DNA of 58,659 nucleotides. Source: Bacteroidales bacterium. GTDB taxonomy: Bacteria > Bacteroidota > Bacteroidia > Bacteroidales > VadinHA17. Shown here in pieces: positions 9,589 through 19,707 of the stretch. A program made the translations under genes and the position numbers. Location: contig PLNF01000035.1 in assembly GCA_003141715.1 (NCBI GenBank), positions 9,837 through 68,495 on the forward strand. The letters run 5' to 3'. Below the pieces are notes generated by a model that had not been told where the DNA came from, searched no databases, and saw only the letters and a program-made list of their open reading frames with translations. Numbering within the stretch: position 1 is the first letter of the stretch; every line of letters starts with the position of its first letter.

Positions 9589-10647
9589 ATGAATCCTAAT
9601 GAAATAAAGTGTCTGTTGTGCGGAGATTCTGCACAATTATTACATGAAAAATACCCTGGGTATCAAGAACCAGATACTTTTAAGATATACCACTGCAGCG
9701 AATGTAACACTTCCTTTTCCTTACCTACGGTTCATACTTCATTAATATATGAGAACATATATAAAAATGGTAATAAAGTACCCGGATATAATCGTTATTG
9801 GAGATATGCCAGATTTGTCAAAAAATTTAAAAACCCATTTAAGTACCTGGCGGACACATCAGAAACTTATTGGGGAGTAAGAGAATTTCTATCTAATTAT
9901 GAAGTAAATAAAGAATCACTAAAAATTCTGGAGATTGGAAGCGGGTTCGGTTATCTTACCTATGCATTAAATAAGGAAAACTATAATGTTATTGGTTTAG
10001 ATATTTCACAAACTGCTGTTGCCCATGCAAAAGAAACTTTTGGAGATCATTATATTTGTGCCGATTTGTTCGAATATGCTCAGCTTAATTCAGGATTATT
10101 TGATCTAGTTATTTTAACAGAAGTAATAGAACATATCAGCAAACCATTAGATTTTATCAAATCGATTTTAAAACTACTTAAGTCTCAAGGAAAAGCTATC
10201 ATTACCAGTCCAAATAAATCTTTATATCCTTCTGATATAATTTGGGCGACAGATCTTCCCCCTGTTCATTGTTGGTGGTTTAGTGAAGAATCTATGAAAT
10301 ATATAGCCAGATCATTAGATATAACTGTAAGCTTCGTCAATTATAATAATTACTATAAAAAGAATTATAAAGTGATTGCATTAAAATCATGGCGAGATAG
10401 TCACTTACCAAATCCGTTTTTTAATAAGAATGGCGAATTGATAAATCAGGTAGCCAGTACAAAGAATACTCTCAAACCTTATATACAAGTGCTCCTGACC
10501 AGAATACCATTTGCATCCGCAATTTTTAGTAAAATAAAACAATATGTAATGAAGAGTATTGGAAGATCAAGAGTATTATTTGATAAAGACCTTATTGTCT
10601 GCAATGACAGAGGGAATATATTCTGTGCAATAATGCATAAAAGGTGA
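9589..10647 (+). CDS. Class I SAM-dependent methyltransferase with N-terminal Cys-pair (zinc-ribbon-like) region
   Basis: CLLC...CSEC, ILEIGSGFG, GLDIS, EVIEH, PPVHCWWFS; visibly more AT-rich than its neighbours. Confidence 0.85.
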   Translation: MNPNEIKCLLCGDSAQLLHEKYPGYQEPDTFKIYHCSECNTSFSLPTVHTSLIYENIYKNGNKVPGYNRYWRYARFVKKFKNPFKYLADTSETYWGVREFLSNYEVNKESLKILEIGSGFGYLTYALNKENYNVIGLDISQTAVAHAKETFGDHYICADLFEYAQLNSGLFDLVILTEVIEHISKPLDFIKSILKLLKSQGKAIITSPNKSLYPSDIIWATDLPPVHCWWFSEESMKYIARSLDITVSFVNYNNYYKKNYKVIALKSWRDSHLPNPFFNKNGELINQVASTKNTLKPYIQVLLTRIPFASAIFSKIKQYVMKSIGRSRVLFDKDLIVCNDRGNIFCAIMHKR

Positions 10648-10681
10648 GTTAAATTTCCATAATAATATTTATAGATTGAAT

Positions 10682-10707
10682 AAAAAAGGGTGCTCCGAAG
10701 AGCACCC
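10682..10707 (-). terminator. Intrinsic terminator of nrdJ
   Basis: Hairpin gggtgctc-cgaa-gagcaccc preceded by A6 (U-tract on minus strand). Confidence 0.8.
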
Positions 10708-10753
10708 GCTGATTTATGATAATTCCCATAACCTGGGACCCCATATTAAAAAT

Positions 10754-13387
10754 CTAACCGCATTTGGATGATCCGCAATCTTTGCAGATCAGACACCCCT
10801 CTTCATAGACAAGGTTATCAGAACCACATTCCCCGCATTTGCCTTTTGCTTTTGTTCCGTTTGGTATATATTTTTTCAGCGCTCTTTCAACTCCATTCTT
10901 CCAGTTATTGATCGACTCGCTGTCAAGCTTTAATGATGTAACCAGATTAACAACGTCCTGGATTGGCATTTCGTGTCTCAAAACACCTGAAATCAGTTTC
11001 GCATAATTCCAAAACTCTGGTTTGAACATATGAGATAACCCTCCCATAGTTTTCTTATAGCCATATTTGTCGGTATACTGAAAATCATACCGGGTATTCC
11101 CATCTTCATCCTTTATTTTTATTATTTTGCCTTTTAAAATGCTTTTCGGGATAGGAAATATCTCCTCATCTGCTATACCTGTGAAGATCTCATAAGGACG
11201 ACTCTCTTTCAGTCCGACAAAAGCCACCCATTTCTCTTCATTTATATTAAACCTGATAACATCACAATCAAGCACCTTTGGTCGTTTTGGTCTTTCAGGC
11301 CGTGCTTCTGTTTTTCCAGCGATAAGAACCCCGTTCCTGGATCCGTCACGGTAAACTGTTGCTCCTTTGCATCCCGATTTCCAGGCTGTCAGATAAAGCT
11401 CACTGACCAGTTCTTCTTTTGCTTCGGCAGGAAGGTTGATGGTAACACTTATTGAATGGTCAACCCATTTTTGAATTGCACCCTGCATCTTAACTTTTGC
11501 TATCCAGTCAACATCATTTGCCGTGGCTTTATAGTAGGGTGATTTTGCTATTATCGATTCAATCTCCTCGTCTCCCATTCTGGTAACTTCATCGGTATCA
11601 TAACCGTTCAGTTTAAGCCAGTCGACAAATTTATGATGGAAAACATTAAATTCTTCCCACGAATCGCCAACCTCATCATTGAAGGTAACCTTTACATCCA
11701 GATCATTAGGGTTAACTTTTCTTCTTCTTTTGTAGAAAATGGAAAATATCGGTTCGATTCCGGAAGTTGTCTGGGTCATAAGGCTTGTGGTACCGGTCGG
11801 GGCAATTGTAAGCAGGGCTATGTTTCTTCTCCCAAATTTAACCATGTTGTTATACATAACAGGATCGGCCTCTTTCATCCTTAAAATAAAAGGATTGTTT
11901 TTCTCGCGTTCGGCATTATAAATTGCAAAGGCTCCTCTCTCTTTTGCCAGGTATGTCGATGCCTTGTAGGCTTCGAGTGCCAGTGTTTTATGAACTTCGA
12001 CAGAGAAATTTGTAGCCTCATCGCTACCATATTTCATTCCAAGGCCCGCGAGCATATCTCCTTCTGCAGTTATTCCGATTCCTGTCCTTCGTCCCTCTTC
12101 CGATTTCTTCCTTATGTTGCTCCAGAGGTTTTTCTCGACATGTTTTATCTCTTCAATTTCCGGGTCGGCATTTATTTTCGTAAGGATAACATCGATCTTT
12201 TCAAGTTCAAGATCAATAATGTCATCCATCATGCGTTGAGCCAATCCTACATGCTCTTTATATAAATCAAAGTCAAATTCAGCCTTATCTGTAAATGGAT
12301 TGTTGACATAACTGTACAGGTTAATCGCCAGCAGACGACAACTGTCGTACGGGCACAATGGGATTTCACCACAGGGGTTTGTTGAAACTGTCGCATATCC
12401 CAGGTCGCTGTAACAATCGGGAATACTCTCTCTGATTATTGTATCCCAGAACAATACGCCCGGTTCGGCTGATTTCCATGCGTTATGGATAATCTTGCTC
12501 CAGAGTTGAACTGCATCAATATCTTTTGCAAATTTCGGATTGGCAGAATTAATAGGATATTGTTGTCTGAAAAGCGTTTTGTCTTCAACAGCTTTCATAA
12601 AATCGTCGGTCAGCTTAACTGAGACGTTTGCACCTGTAACTTTCCCGCTCTCAAGCTTGGCATCAATGAATTTCCCTGAGTCGGGGTGTTTGATTGAGAT
12701 CGACAGCATTAGTGCACCTCGTCTGCCATCCTGTGCTACCTCGCGTGTTGAGTTGGAATACCTTTCCATGAAAGGTACCACACCTGTGGAAGTGAGAGCG
12801 CTGTTAAGGACAGGAGTACCTTTGGGCCTTATATGCGACAGGTCGTGGCCCACACCACCTCTCCGTTTCATAAGTTGTACCTGTTCCTGGTCGATTTTCA
12901 TAATTCCACCGTATGAATCAGATGATCCATCGTTACCAATCACAAAACAGTTCGATAATGAAGCAATCTGGTAATCATTCCCGATACCTGTCATTGGGCC
13001 TCCCTGGGGAACAATATATTTGAAATCTTTGAGAACATTATAAATCAACTCTTCAGAAAGCGGGTTCTTATATTTCATCTCTACCCGGTGTATTTCACGA
13101 GCCAGCCTGCGATGCATGTCGTCGGGTGACTTTTCGTACAGGTTCCCGAAAGAATCCTTTAAAGCATATTTGTTTGCCCATACTCTTGCTGCAAGTTCAT
13201 CGCCTTTGAAATACTGAATGCTTTCTTCAACAGCTTCTTCGTGAGAATAAACAACTTTATCCTGTTCTCGTTTCTTAGACTTCTCAATATTTTTCCCATC
13301 CACTGTTTTCTGCACCTCAGGTGCGGAATTTATGTTTTTTGCTTTTTCAGTTGCAATAGCTGATTCCTGGACAAATAGTTCTTCCAT
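10754..13387 (-). CDS. nrdJ: Adenosylcobalamin-dependent (class II) ribonucleoside-diphosphate reductase
   Basis: LSNCFV, RRGGVG, TNPCGEIPL, IAPTGT, GCKGATVYRDG, C-terminal CGEC...CKDCGSSKC; no nrdB partner nearby. Confidence 0.95.
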   Translation of the reverse strand: MEELFVQESAIATEKAKNINSAPEVQKTVDGKNIEKSKKREQDKVVYSHEEAVEESIQYFKGDELAARVWANKYALKDSFGNLYEKSPDDMHRRLAREIHRVEMKYKNPLSEELIYNVLKDFKYIVPQGGPMTGIGNDYQIASLSNCFVIGNDGSSDSYGGIMKIDQEQVQLMKRRGGVGHDLSHIRPKGTPVLNSALTSTGVVPFMERYSNSTREVAQDGRRGALMLSISIKHPDSGKFIDAKLESGKVTGANVSVKLTDDFMKAVEDKTLFRQQYPINSANPKFAKDIDAVQLWSKIIHNAWKSAEPGVLFWDTIIRESIPDCYSDLGYATVSTNPCGEIPLCPYDSCRLLAINLYSYVNNPFTDKAEFDFDLYKEHVGLAQRMMDDIIDLELEKIDVILTKINADPEIEEIKHVEKNLWSNIRKKSEEGRRTGIGITAEGDMLAGLGMKYGSDEATNFSVEVHKTLALEAYKASTYLAKERGAFAIYNAEREKNNPFILRMKEADPVMYNNMVKFGRRNIALLTIAPTGTTSLMTQTTSGIEPIFSIFYKRRRKVNPNDLDVKVTFNDEVGDSWEEFNVFHHKFVDWLKLNGYDTDEVTRMGDEEIESIIAKSPYYKATANDVDWIAKVKMQGAIQKWVDHSISVTINLPAEAKEELVSELYLTAWKSGCKGATVYRDGSRNGVLIAGKTEARPERPKRPKVLDCDVIRFNINEEKWVAFVGLKESRPYEIFTGIADEEIFPIPKSILKGKIIKIKDEDGNTRYDFQYTDKYGYKKTMGGLSHMFKPEFWNYAKLISGVLRHEMPIQDVVNLVTSLKLDSESINNWKNGVERALKKYIPNGTKAKGKCGECGSDNLVYEEGCLICKDCGSSKCG

Positions 13388-13678
13388 ATATTTTTGTTAT
13401 TCTCTGATTTTAATGAGATTAAACGGCCACTGATTTTCGAAGCGGGTAATTGCTAAATTAAACAAGCGCTCCACTGAATGCAAGCGTAAAAATTTAAGTT
13501 TATTAACATTTAATATAATAGTTATTAACTATTATGTATTTGTCTGATTATATGTTTGTTAGTTGATATTTTAAATATATAGAAACAAATATTTTCCGCA
13601 AAAGTTCATAGAAATATCAGAAATTAAAAATCCGGTAGCTTGTATGATACCTATTACCAATCTTTTACTAAAAACAAT

Positions 13679-13712
13679 AAAAAAGAGGCTGCCAGAATTT
13701 GACAGCCTCTTT
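13679..13712 (-). terminator. Intrinsic terminator of the TonB-dependent receptor gene
   Basis: aaagaggctg...cagcctcttt stem with an upstream A-run, 20 bp after the stop. Confidence 0.8.
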
Positions 13713-13731
13713 GTAAATAAGTAATGTATTT

Positions 13732-16700
13732 TTAGTTGAATATATAACGAATTCCAAATTGCATCGAATAAGTTGATGCATAACCAACCGTATTACTGAA
13801 TGTTTTGGTCAGCATTGCATTATTATAAGGATTAAGTCTGAAGGTAGGTATAACAGTACCTCCGGCAACAACAGGTAAAATACCTGGACTAGCTGTACTA
13901 TTTGTCATTACAAGAATATTATTCTGGTTATAGAATGGAGACTTACCCCAGTTACTATTCAGGAGGTTGCCAAAATTGAGAATATCGAGACTAAGTTGAA
14001 TGGTATTACGTTTGCCAGCTACATTAACAAAGAAATCCTGTTTAAACTGGATGTCAAACTTGTTGACCCATGGATATAGTGCGCCATTTCGTTCAGCATA
14101 CTTGCCCATTCTTGATTTAAGATATTTGTCCTGTCTGACAAATGCAAAGAAAGCATCACTTTGTTCCTGGGCAGTCCACGTAGTTAAAGTCCCGCCTGCA
14201 GGGGTAAATTTATAATCTACAAATGTAATCTCTGATGGATCTTTCGGAACATAAATCAGGTTGTTAGAACCTGCGCCATCACGTACTATATTGCTTGAAT
14301 AGACATAAGAGAAACGTCCTGCTGCTTCTCCGTCATAGAACAATGATACTGATGTACCCAGGAATTTAAGATACTCAATTCTGTATGAAGCTGAAGCAAT
14401 CAAATGATCAGGCATTACATAATTTGTATAGCTGAGTTCCGGACTGTTAGCGCCATTTACGTTTGCATTACCGTTCCATGCTGAAGCTGCCTGATCACCG
14501 GCTCCGTCAACAAGGTTTTTAGCTACAGAGTGAGTATAGGCAATCATTCCGGAAAAACCATTGGTGAATGTTTTCTCTAATTTTCCGGTAATTGAAAAGT
14601 AGTAGCCACCCTTCCTGTTTTCAAGGACAATCGGTGAGACACCGTTACCTGTTCCCAAAGAGGTTGTAACAATACCCGCAGCATTAATAAGCTGGTAATA
14701 TTTAGCTGGGTTTGTTGTAGGATAGATAAGCCTGTTATCGGGATAGCCAGATATATTCATGTTGGCAGCTCCCTGAAGACCTTCGTTTACAAAGAATGCA
14801 GTATTAATGTCTTTATTATACACGCCTTCAAGGGTACCTTTTAATCCCCATGGAAGTTTTGCATCCAAAGCTAAACTGCTTTTCCAGGTTTGTGGCATCT
14901 TGAAATTCGGGGAGATAACAGTAAAGGTGCCCGGAACAATTGTTCCAGCTGCCGGCTGGGTAGCCGGATAGTATGCATTTATTGCAGGATTAAATGGTCC
15001 TGGAACGTTAGCTCCGGATAAAGCCTGAGTAGTTTGGACCATTCCGGCATCTCCTACCTGACCTACAATCCATACAAATGGAACACGTCCTGTAAATATA
15101 CCTGTTCCTCCGCGTAATACTAAAGAACGATCTTCTTTCAAATCATAGTTAAAGCCGATTCTTGGTGATACCATAACTCTTGATTTCGGTAAAGTTGATG
15201 TGTGATAAGTATTACCACCAAAATCAAGTGTAGCGATAATTGGATGATCAGCACCTGGTGATGGGTATGACGGACGGTCAAGACGAATACCTCCTACAAC
15301 TTTTAAACGGCTGTTAACATTAAGCTCATCCTGAATATATCCTGCGATCTGATTGAACTGGAATGAAGGAAATGCCTGTGCATAACCAGGAGTATTGGAG
15401 AAAGTAATACCAAAGTTCTTTGGATTAACCCCGGTTACAAAGTCATTCCATGAATTGAATACATAATAACTTGAACCGAAGCGCATGAAACCGTTCTTTG
15501 TATTATCATGTTCATAGTTAATACCGGCAGTCATATTATTTTTACCCCATGTCCAGGTTACATCATCATTAAATGTAGTTGTTGCGACCTGACGAAGGTT
15601 CCCATATGAGAATAGTTCAGTACCAAAAGATACGTAAGGGATACCAGCCTGAAGAATATCAACAAATGGGAAAAGTTTTCCATCATTGCTGCGTGGCTCA
15701 TTCTGATATGAATAGGTTCCGCGAAGTGTGTTCAGAACTTTTCCGCCAAACAGAGTAGAGTTTAATTCTCCAGACCATGAACTGAAGTTATTCTGCTGAT
15801 AATATCCAGAATTCTGATACCACATAGCATCCATACTCTGCCTGTTGTTGGTATAAATTCCGGAGAATGGAGATACAGAAGTACTGGGATAATTTGGAGT
15901 TTTACTTGCCTGATAGCTATAACGGACATTAAATTTGTTATTGTTATTGATGTTCCAGTCTATTCTTGCAAGAAATTTTTGGCCGGGACTCTTCTGTGAA
16001 TATCCCTGATAAGGACCAGTGATATATCCATAGGTATCTTTCAGGTAAGCGCTCATCATGTCCATGTCGGCGACGGTTGGACGTGCAATATTATTGGCAT
16101 AATCCGGAGGTGAATCAGGAGTTGAAGCAACTCTCTGAGGTCCGGGAACCGTATTCTTTTCTGTTTCAGCATTTATGAAAAAGAACAATTTATTCTTAAT
16201 AATAGGGCCGCCAAGACGAAATCCCTGCATGCTGTAGCTGGCTTGGTTACGAATAAATGTTGCGTCTCCTACTTTATTACCTTTGTAATTCTGATTATTC
16301 ATGTAGGTATATACAGATCCGGAAAACTCGTTGGTCCCTGAACGGGTTACAGCATTAACTGATGCACCAATAAATCCACTTTGACGTACATCATACGGTG
16401 TGATATTAACTGAAATCTGGTCAATAGCATCGAGGGAGATAGGTGTACCATTCCCCGGCAGGTTAGTACCGATACCAAATGCATTATTAAACTGAGCACC
16501 GTCAACGGTAATGAAGTTCTGACGGTAATTTCCACCGCCAATCTGGTTGCCGTTTGCCTGAGGTGTGAGCCGGGTGATATCATTTATACTCCTGTTTACA
16601 GTAGGCATCAGCGTTAATTGCCTGTTGTTGATATTTATTGAAGTACCATTCTTTTCTGAATTAAATTGTGGCGTTTTTGCACCTACAACAACCACTTCTG

Positions 16701-17055
16701 CAAGTGCAGAAGCACTTTCATCCAAAGATGTGTTCAGAGTAAATTTTTCACCAAGGTTCAATGTAATATCAGTTAATGTCTTCTTTGAATACCCAACAAA
16801 GGAGACCTCAACAGTATACGGACCACCTGGCCTCATACCCTGAATGACAAAAAGACCATCATTATTGGCAAGCGCGCCATATTGTGATCCGGAAGGAACA
16901 TGAACAGCTACAATAGTTGCACCCGGTAATGCTTTACCGTCTTTATCAACTATTTTGCCGCTCATAGAAGATGTCGTCGATCCCTGCCCGAACATCAGAA
17001 CACCGATGAACAGGAAGATCAACATCATAAACAAACGTTTAAGTTGCTTCATCAT
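13732..17055 (-). CDS. TonB-dependent outer-membrane receptor (Oar-like) with N-terminal carboxypeptidase-regulatory-like domain
   Basis: Signal peptide, LPGATIVAVHVPSG, plug motif NFITVDGA..N, PYDVRQSGFIGASVNAVTRSGTN, C-terminal QFGIRYIFN. Confidence 0.92.
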   Translation of the reverse strand: MMKQLKRLFMMLIFLFIGVLMFGQGSTTSSMSGKIVDKDGKALPGATIVAVHVPSGSQYGALANNDGLFVIQGMRPGGPYTVEVSFVGYSKKTLTDITLNLGEKFTLNTSLDESASALAEVVVVGAKTPQFNSEKNGTSININNRQLTLMPTVNRSINDITRLTPQANGNQIGGGNYRQNFITVDGAQFNNAFGIGTNLPGNGTPISLDAIDQISVNITPYDVRQSGFIGASVNAVTRSGTNEFSGSVYTYMNNQNYKGNKVGDATFIRNQASYSMQGFRLGGPIIKNKLFFFINAETEKNTVPGPQRVASTPDSPPDYANNIARPTVADMDMMSAYLKDTYGYITGPYQGYSQKSPGQKFLARIDWNINNNNKFNVRYSYQASKTPNYPSTSVSPFSGIYTNNRQSMDAMWYQNSGYYQQNNFSSWSGELNSTLFGGKVLNTLRGTYSYQNEPRSNDGKLFPFVDILQAGIPYVSFGTELFSYGNLRQVATTTFNDDVTWTWGKNNMTAGINYEHDNTKNGFMRFGSSYYVFNSWNDFVTGVNPKNFGITFSNTPGYAQAFPSFQFNQIAGYIQDELNVNSRLKVVGGIRLDRPSYPSPGADHPIIATLDFGGNTYHTSTLPKSRVMVSPRIGFNYDLKEDRSLVLRGGTGIFTGRVPFVWIVGQVGDAGMVQTTQALSGANVPGPFNPAINAYYPATQPAAGTIVPGTFTVISPNFKMPQTWKSSLALDAKLPWGLKGTLEGVYNKDINTAFFVNEGLQGAANMNISGYPDNRLIYPTTNPAKYYQLINAAGIVTTSLGTGNGVSPIVLENRKGGYYFSITGKLEKTFTNGFSGMIAYTHSVAKNLVDGAGDQAASAWNGNANVNGANSPELSYTNYVMPDHLIASASYRIEYLKFLGTSVSLFYDGEAAGRFSYVYSSNIVRDGAGSNNLIYVPKDPSEITFVDYKFTPAGGTLTTWTAQEQSDAFFAFVRQDKYLKSRMGKYAERNGALYPWVNKFDIQFKQDFFVNVAGKRNTIQLSLDILNFGNLLNSNWGKSPFYNQNNILVMTNSTASPGILPVVAGGTVIPTFRLNPYNNAMLTKTFSNTVGYASTYSMQFGIRYIFN

Positions 17056-17212
17056 AAAATTAGGATTAAGGATTAATAAATTTTCAACAAGGTTATTGTA
17101 AATAGTTCATTAGTAGGTTACATCGGAGTTACAAATATGTTAAATCCGGTGCATCAATTTACGGCTCTTTGGATGAACCTGCCCAATTAAGAAAAGATTA
17201 GTTTTTAACAAA

Positions 17213-18463
17213 TTATGAATAGGCCTTGTTAATATCTTTGTGTAAAATTTCTTTGATAATAATTTCTGTAGCTCCGGCATTTTCTTTTACATATTTTGAT
17301 GCAATTTCAGCTGAAATTGTATAGATTTTCTCGTCCGACAGCCAAAAATCCAAAATTCGTTTAAAATCATCAAAGGTGAGAAATGACTTTGCACCTCCGA
17401 CACTCAGGAGATCAACAGCTTCTTTGAAATTTTCATATCTGGGCCCGAAAAGTACCGGAATTCCCCAGCATGCAGGTTCAAGAATATTGTGGATACCCTT
17501 TCCAAATCCGCCACCGATAGCAGCAATATATGCATACCTGTATGCTGAAGAAAGCATACCGATATTATCAATAATAAGTACGCGTGCATCAGCATAATCT
17601 TCATTGTACTTAGAAAATCTTATATATTTCACTTTAAACAGCTTTTCCAGTCTTTCAATATTTGCCTTATCAATTTCATGCGGTGCGAAAACCCATTTCA
17701 TTCCCGAGGGGAAACAGTTGATATACTCTGCAATTATCTCCTCATCCTGCCTCCAGCTGCTTCCGGCCAAAAATAATTTTTCACCTCCCCTGAACTGTTC
17801 GAGCTGTGGAATCTCTCTGGCTGTACCGGCTATCTCAATCACTCTGTCGAATCTTGTATCACCGGCGAGATAAACTTTCTCCATGCCGATACCGGTGAGA
17901 AGGTCGTAGGACCTTTGATCCTGTACAAATATTTTTTCAAATTTCCTTAACATATTTCTGAAAAACGATCCGTACCACTTGAAAAAATGTTGCCCCGGAC
18001 GAAATATTCCTGATATAAGATATAAAGGAATATTCTTCCTGTAAAGTGTTGATATATAATTATTCCAAAATTCGTATTTGACGAATATTACAAATTCCGG
18101 TTTAACCAGATCTATGAATTTCCCGGCATTGTATGGTGAATCTGAAGGGAGATAACTGATACAATCGGCTTTATTATAATTCTTTCGTATTTCATAGCCT
18201 GAGGGAGAAAAAAAAGTAAGTACAATTTTGAATACCGGCATCTCTTTTTTAACTGCCTCTATTACCGGCCTTCCCTGCTCAAATTCACCAAGTGATGCAC
18301 AATGAATCCAGATAACCCTGTCTCCCGGTTTTATCTTTTCAGCAATTTTTTCTGCCCACTTTTTTCTTCCTTTTACCCATAACGATGCTCTTGAATTAAA
18401 AGGAGATATGAGATGAGCAAGTGCGGAGAAAATCAGGATTCCTATGTTGTATAAAACTTTCAT
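17213..18463 (-). CDS. waaA: 3-deoxy-D-manno-octulosonic acid (Kdo) transferase
   Basis: WIHCASLGEFE, TFFSPSG, GDTRFD, HNILEPA, LFGP. Confidence 0.95.
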   Translation of the reverse strand: MKVLYNIGILIFSALAHLISPFNSRASLWVKGRKKWAEKIAEKIKPGDRVIWIHCASLGEFEQGRPVIEAVKKEMPVFKIVLTFFSPSGYEIRKNYNKADCISYLPSDSPYNAGKFIDLVKPEFVIFVKYEFWNNYISTLYRKNIPLYLISGIFRPGQHFFKWYGSFFRNMLRKFEKIFVQDQRSYDLLTGIGMEKVYLAGDTRFDRVIEIAGTAREIPQLEQFRGGEKLFLAGSSWRQDEEIIAEYINCFPSGMKWVFAPHEIDKANIERLEKLFKVKYIRFSKYNEDYADARVLIIDNIGMLSSAYRYAYIAAIGGGFGKGIHNILEPACWGIPVLFGPRYENFKEAVDLLSVGGAKSFLTFDDFKRILDFWLSDEKIYTISAEIASKYVKENAGATEIIIKEILHKDINKAYS

Positions 18464-18483
18464 AATTCTTTAATTCAAACGGC

Positions 18484-18491
18484 CAAAGGTA
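18484..18491 (-). promoter_or_regulatory. -7 promoter element upstream of waaA
   Basis: TACCTTTG on minus strand, 20 bp upstream of the ATG. Confidence 0.6.
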
Positions 18492-18536
18492 ATAAAAATG
18501 GTGCAAAGGCGTAAGGGAACGAAGGGAAAGACCAAA

Positions 18537-18680
18537 GTGACGAAGTGACTTAGGGACTTAGGGACTTAGAGACTTAGAGAAAAAAAATATGAGAAGACAG
18601 GGAGACAGGGGGAATGGGATAGTTTTGAGTCATTCAGATTATCCCTTCGTCACTTAGTCCCTTAATCTCTTAGTCATTCC
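18537..18680. repeat. Two arrays of 8-bp tandem repeats in inverted orientation
   Basis: gtgacgaa-gtgactta-gggactta-gggactta-gagactta (18537-18576); 18643-18680 reads on minus strand gagattaa-gggactaa-gtgacgaa. Confidence 0.85.
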
Positions 18681-18733
18681 AGTTATGCCATTAATTAAAA
18701 TAGTCCTATTTTTGAAGGATAATACCTTTCCTC

Positions 18734-19681
18734 ATGGTAAGACTTATTGCCCTGATTATTTCTATTGTTTTGCAAATCATTGCTGCTTCGATTGCATTGG
18801 GATTCATGAAGCTTACCAAATACAGGCTTTCATGGATATTGCTCTCCCTCTCTTTTGTATTCATGGCCGTCCGCAAAATTATTCAGCTTTTTGAATTTTT
18901 CCGTGGTACTCCCTCATTTACATGGCAGCTGATTGACGAATGGATTGGAGTTCTTATTTCAGTAATGATCATTGGTGGTGTTATTCTCATCCGGGAAATA
19001 TTTTACTCGCTAAAACGAGCTGAAACTGATAGATCACGTTCTGAAAAAAGAGTAATAAATGCTATAATAAACACCGAGGAAAATGAAAGAAAGAGGTTTG
19101 CAAAAGATCTGCATGATGGGCTCGGACCTATTTTGTCAACTGTAAAAATGTCTCTTTCCGCACTAACAGATAGAATCAAAGATCAATCCGGATCGGTTAT
19201 CCTTAATAATACAAACCATCTCGTAAATGAGGCTATCAACACTATCAAAGACATCTCAAATAACCTGAGCCCGCACGTACTGTCAAATTTTGGACTGGCC
19301 AGTGCTATCAGTGCATTTACCACTAAAATTAATCAGACTAAAGCAGTTGAAATTGATTTTAAGTCGAATATGGAGGCCCAGCGGCTTGATAACGAAAAGG
19401 AAGTTGTAGTCTATCGCGCTGTTTGTGAGCTTATTAATAATTCAATTCTGCACTCGGGAGCTTCCAGGATTGATATAGAATTAAACAAACACGAAAAATT
19501 TATTACCTTGCAGTTTTATGATAACGGACGTGGTTTTGATACATCTTCATTAAGCAAGGAAGACACGAAAGGGATGGGATTATCAAACATTGAGACCCGT
19601 GTAAAAACCGTTGAAGGAGTATTTATCCTGGAAAGCACTCCCGGGAAAGGAACAAGTGCTCTTATCAAATTGATTGAATGA
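18734..19681 (+). CDS. Sensor histidine kinase (HisKA_3/NarX-like) with about 3 N-terminal TM helices
   Basis: ERKRFAKDLHDGLG H-box, ELINNSILHS N-box, DNGRGF, GMGL. Confidence 0.93.
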   Translation: MVRLIALIISIVLQIIAASIALGFMKLTKYRLSWILLSLSFVFMAVRKIIQLFEFFRGTPSFTWQLIDEWIGVLISVMIIGGVILIREIFYSLKRAETDRSRSEKRVINAIINTEENERKRFAKDLHDGLGPILSTVKMSLSALTDRIKDQSGSVILNNTNHLVNEAINTIKDISNNLSPHVLSNFGLASAISAFTTKINQTKAVEIDFKSNMEAQRLDNEKEVVVYRAVCELINNSILHSGASRIDIELNKHEKFITLQFYDNGRGFDTSSLSKEDTKGMGLSNIETRVKTVEGVFILESTPGKGTSALIKLIE

Positions 19682-19707
19682 TTCTTATTAACTCGGAATT
19701 GCCTAAA

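Noticed and set aside
10754-13387. Intein or intron in nrdJ
   Set aside because: Continuous ORF of ordinary length; no intein C1/HN-C or LAGLIDADG motifs seen
13388-13731. Cobalamin riboswitch or NrdR box upstream of nrdJ
   Set aside because: No B12-box or NrdR consensus recognisable; the spacer is AT-rich
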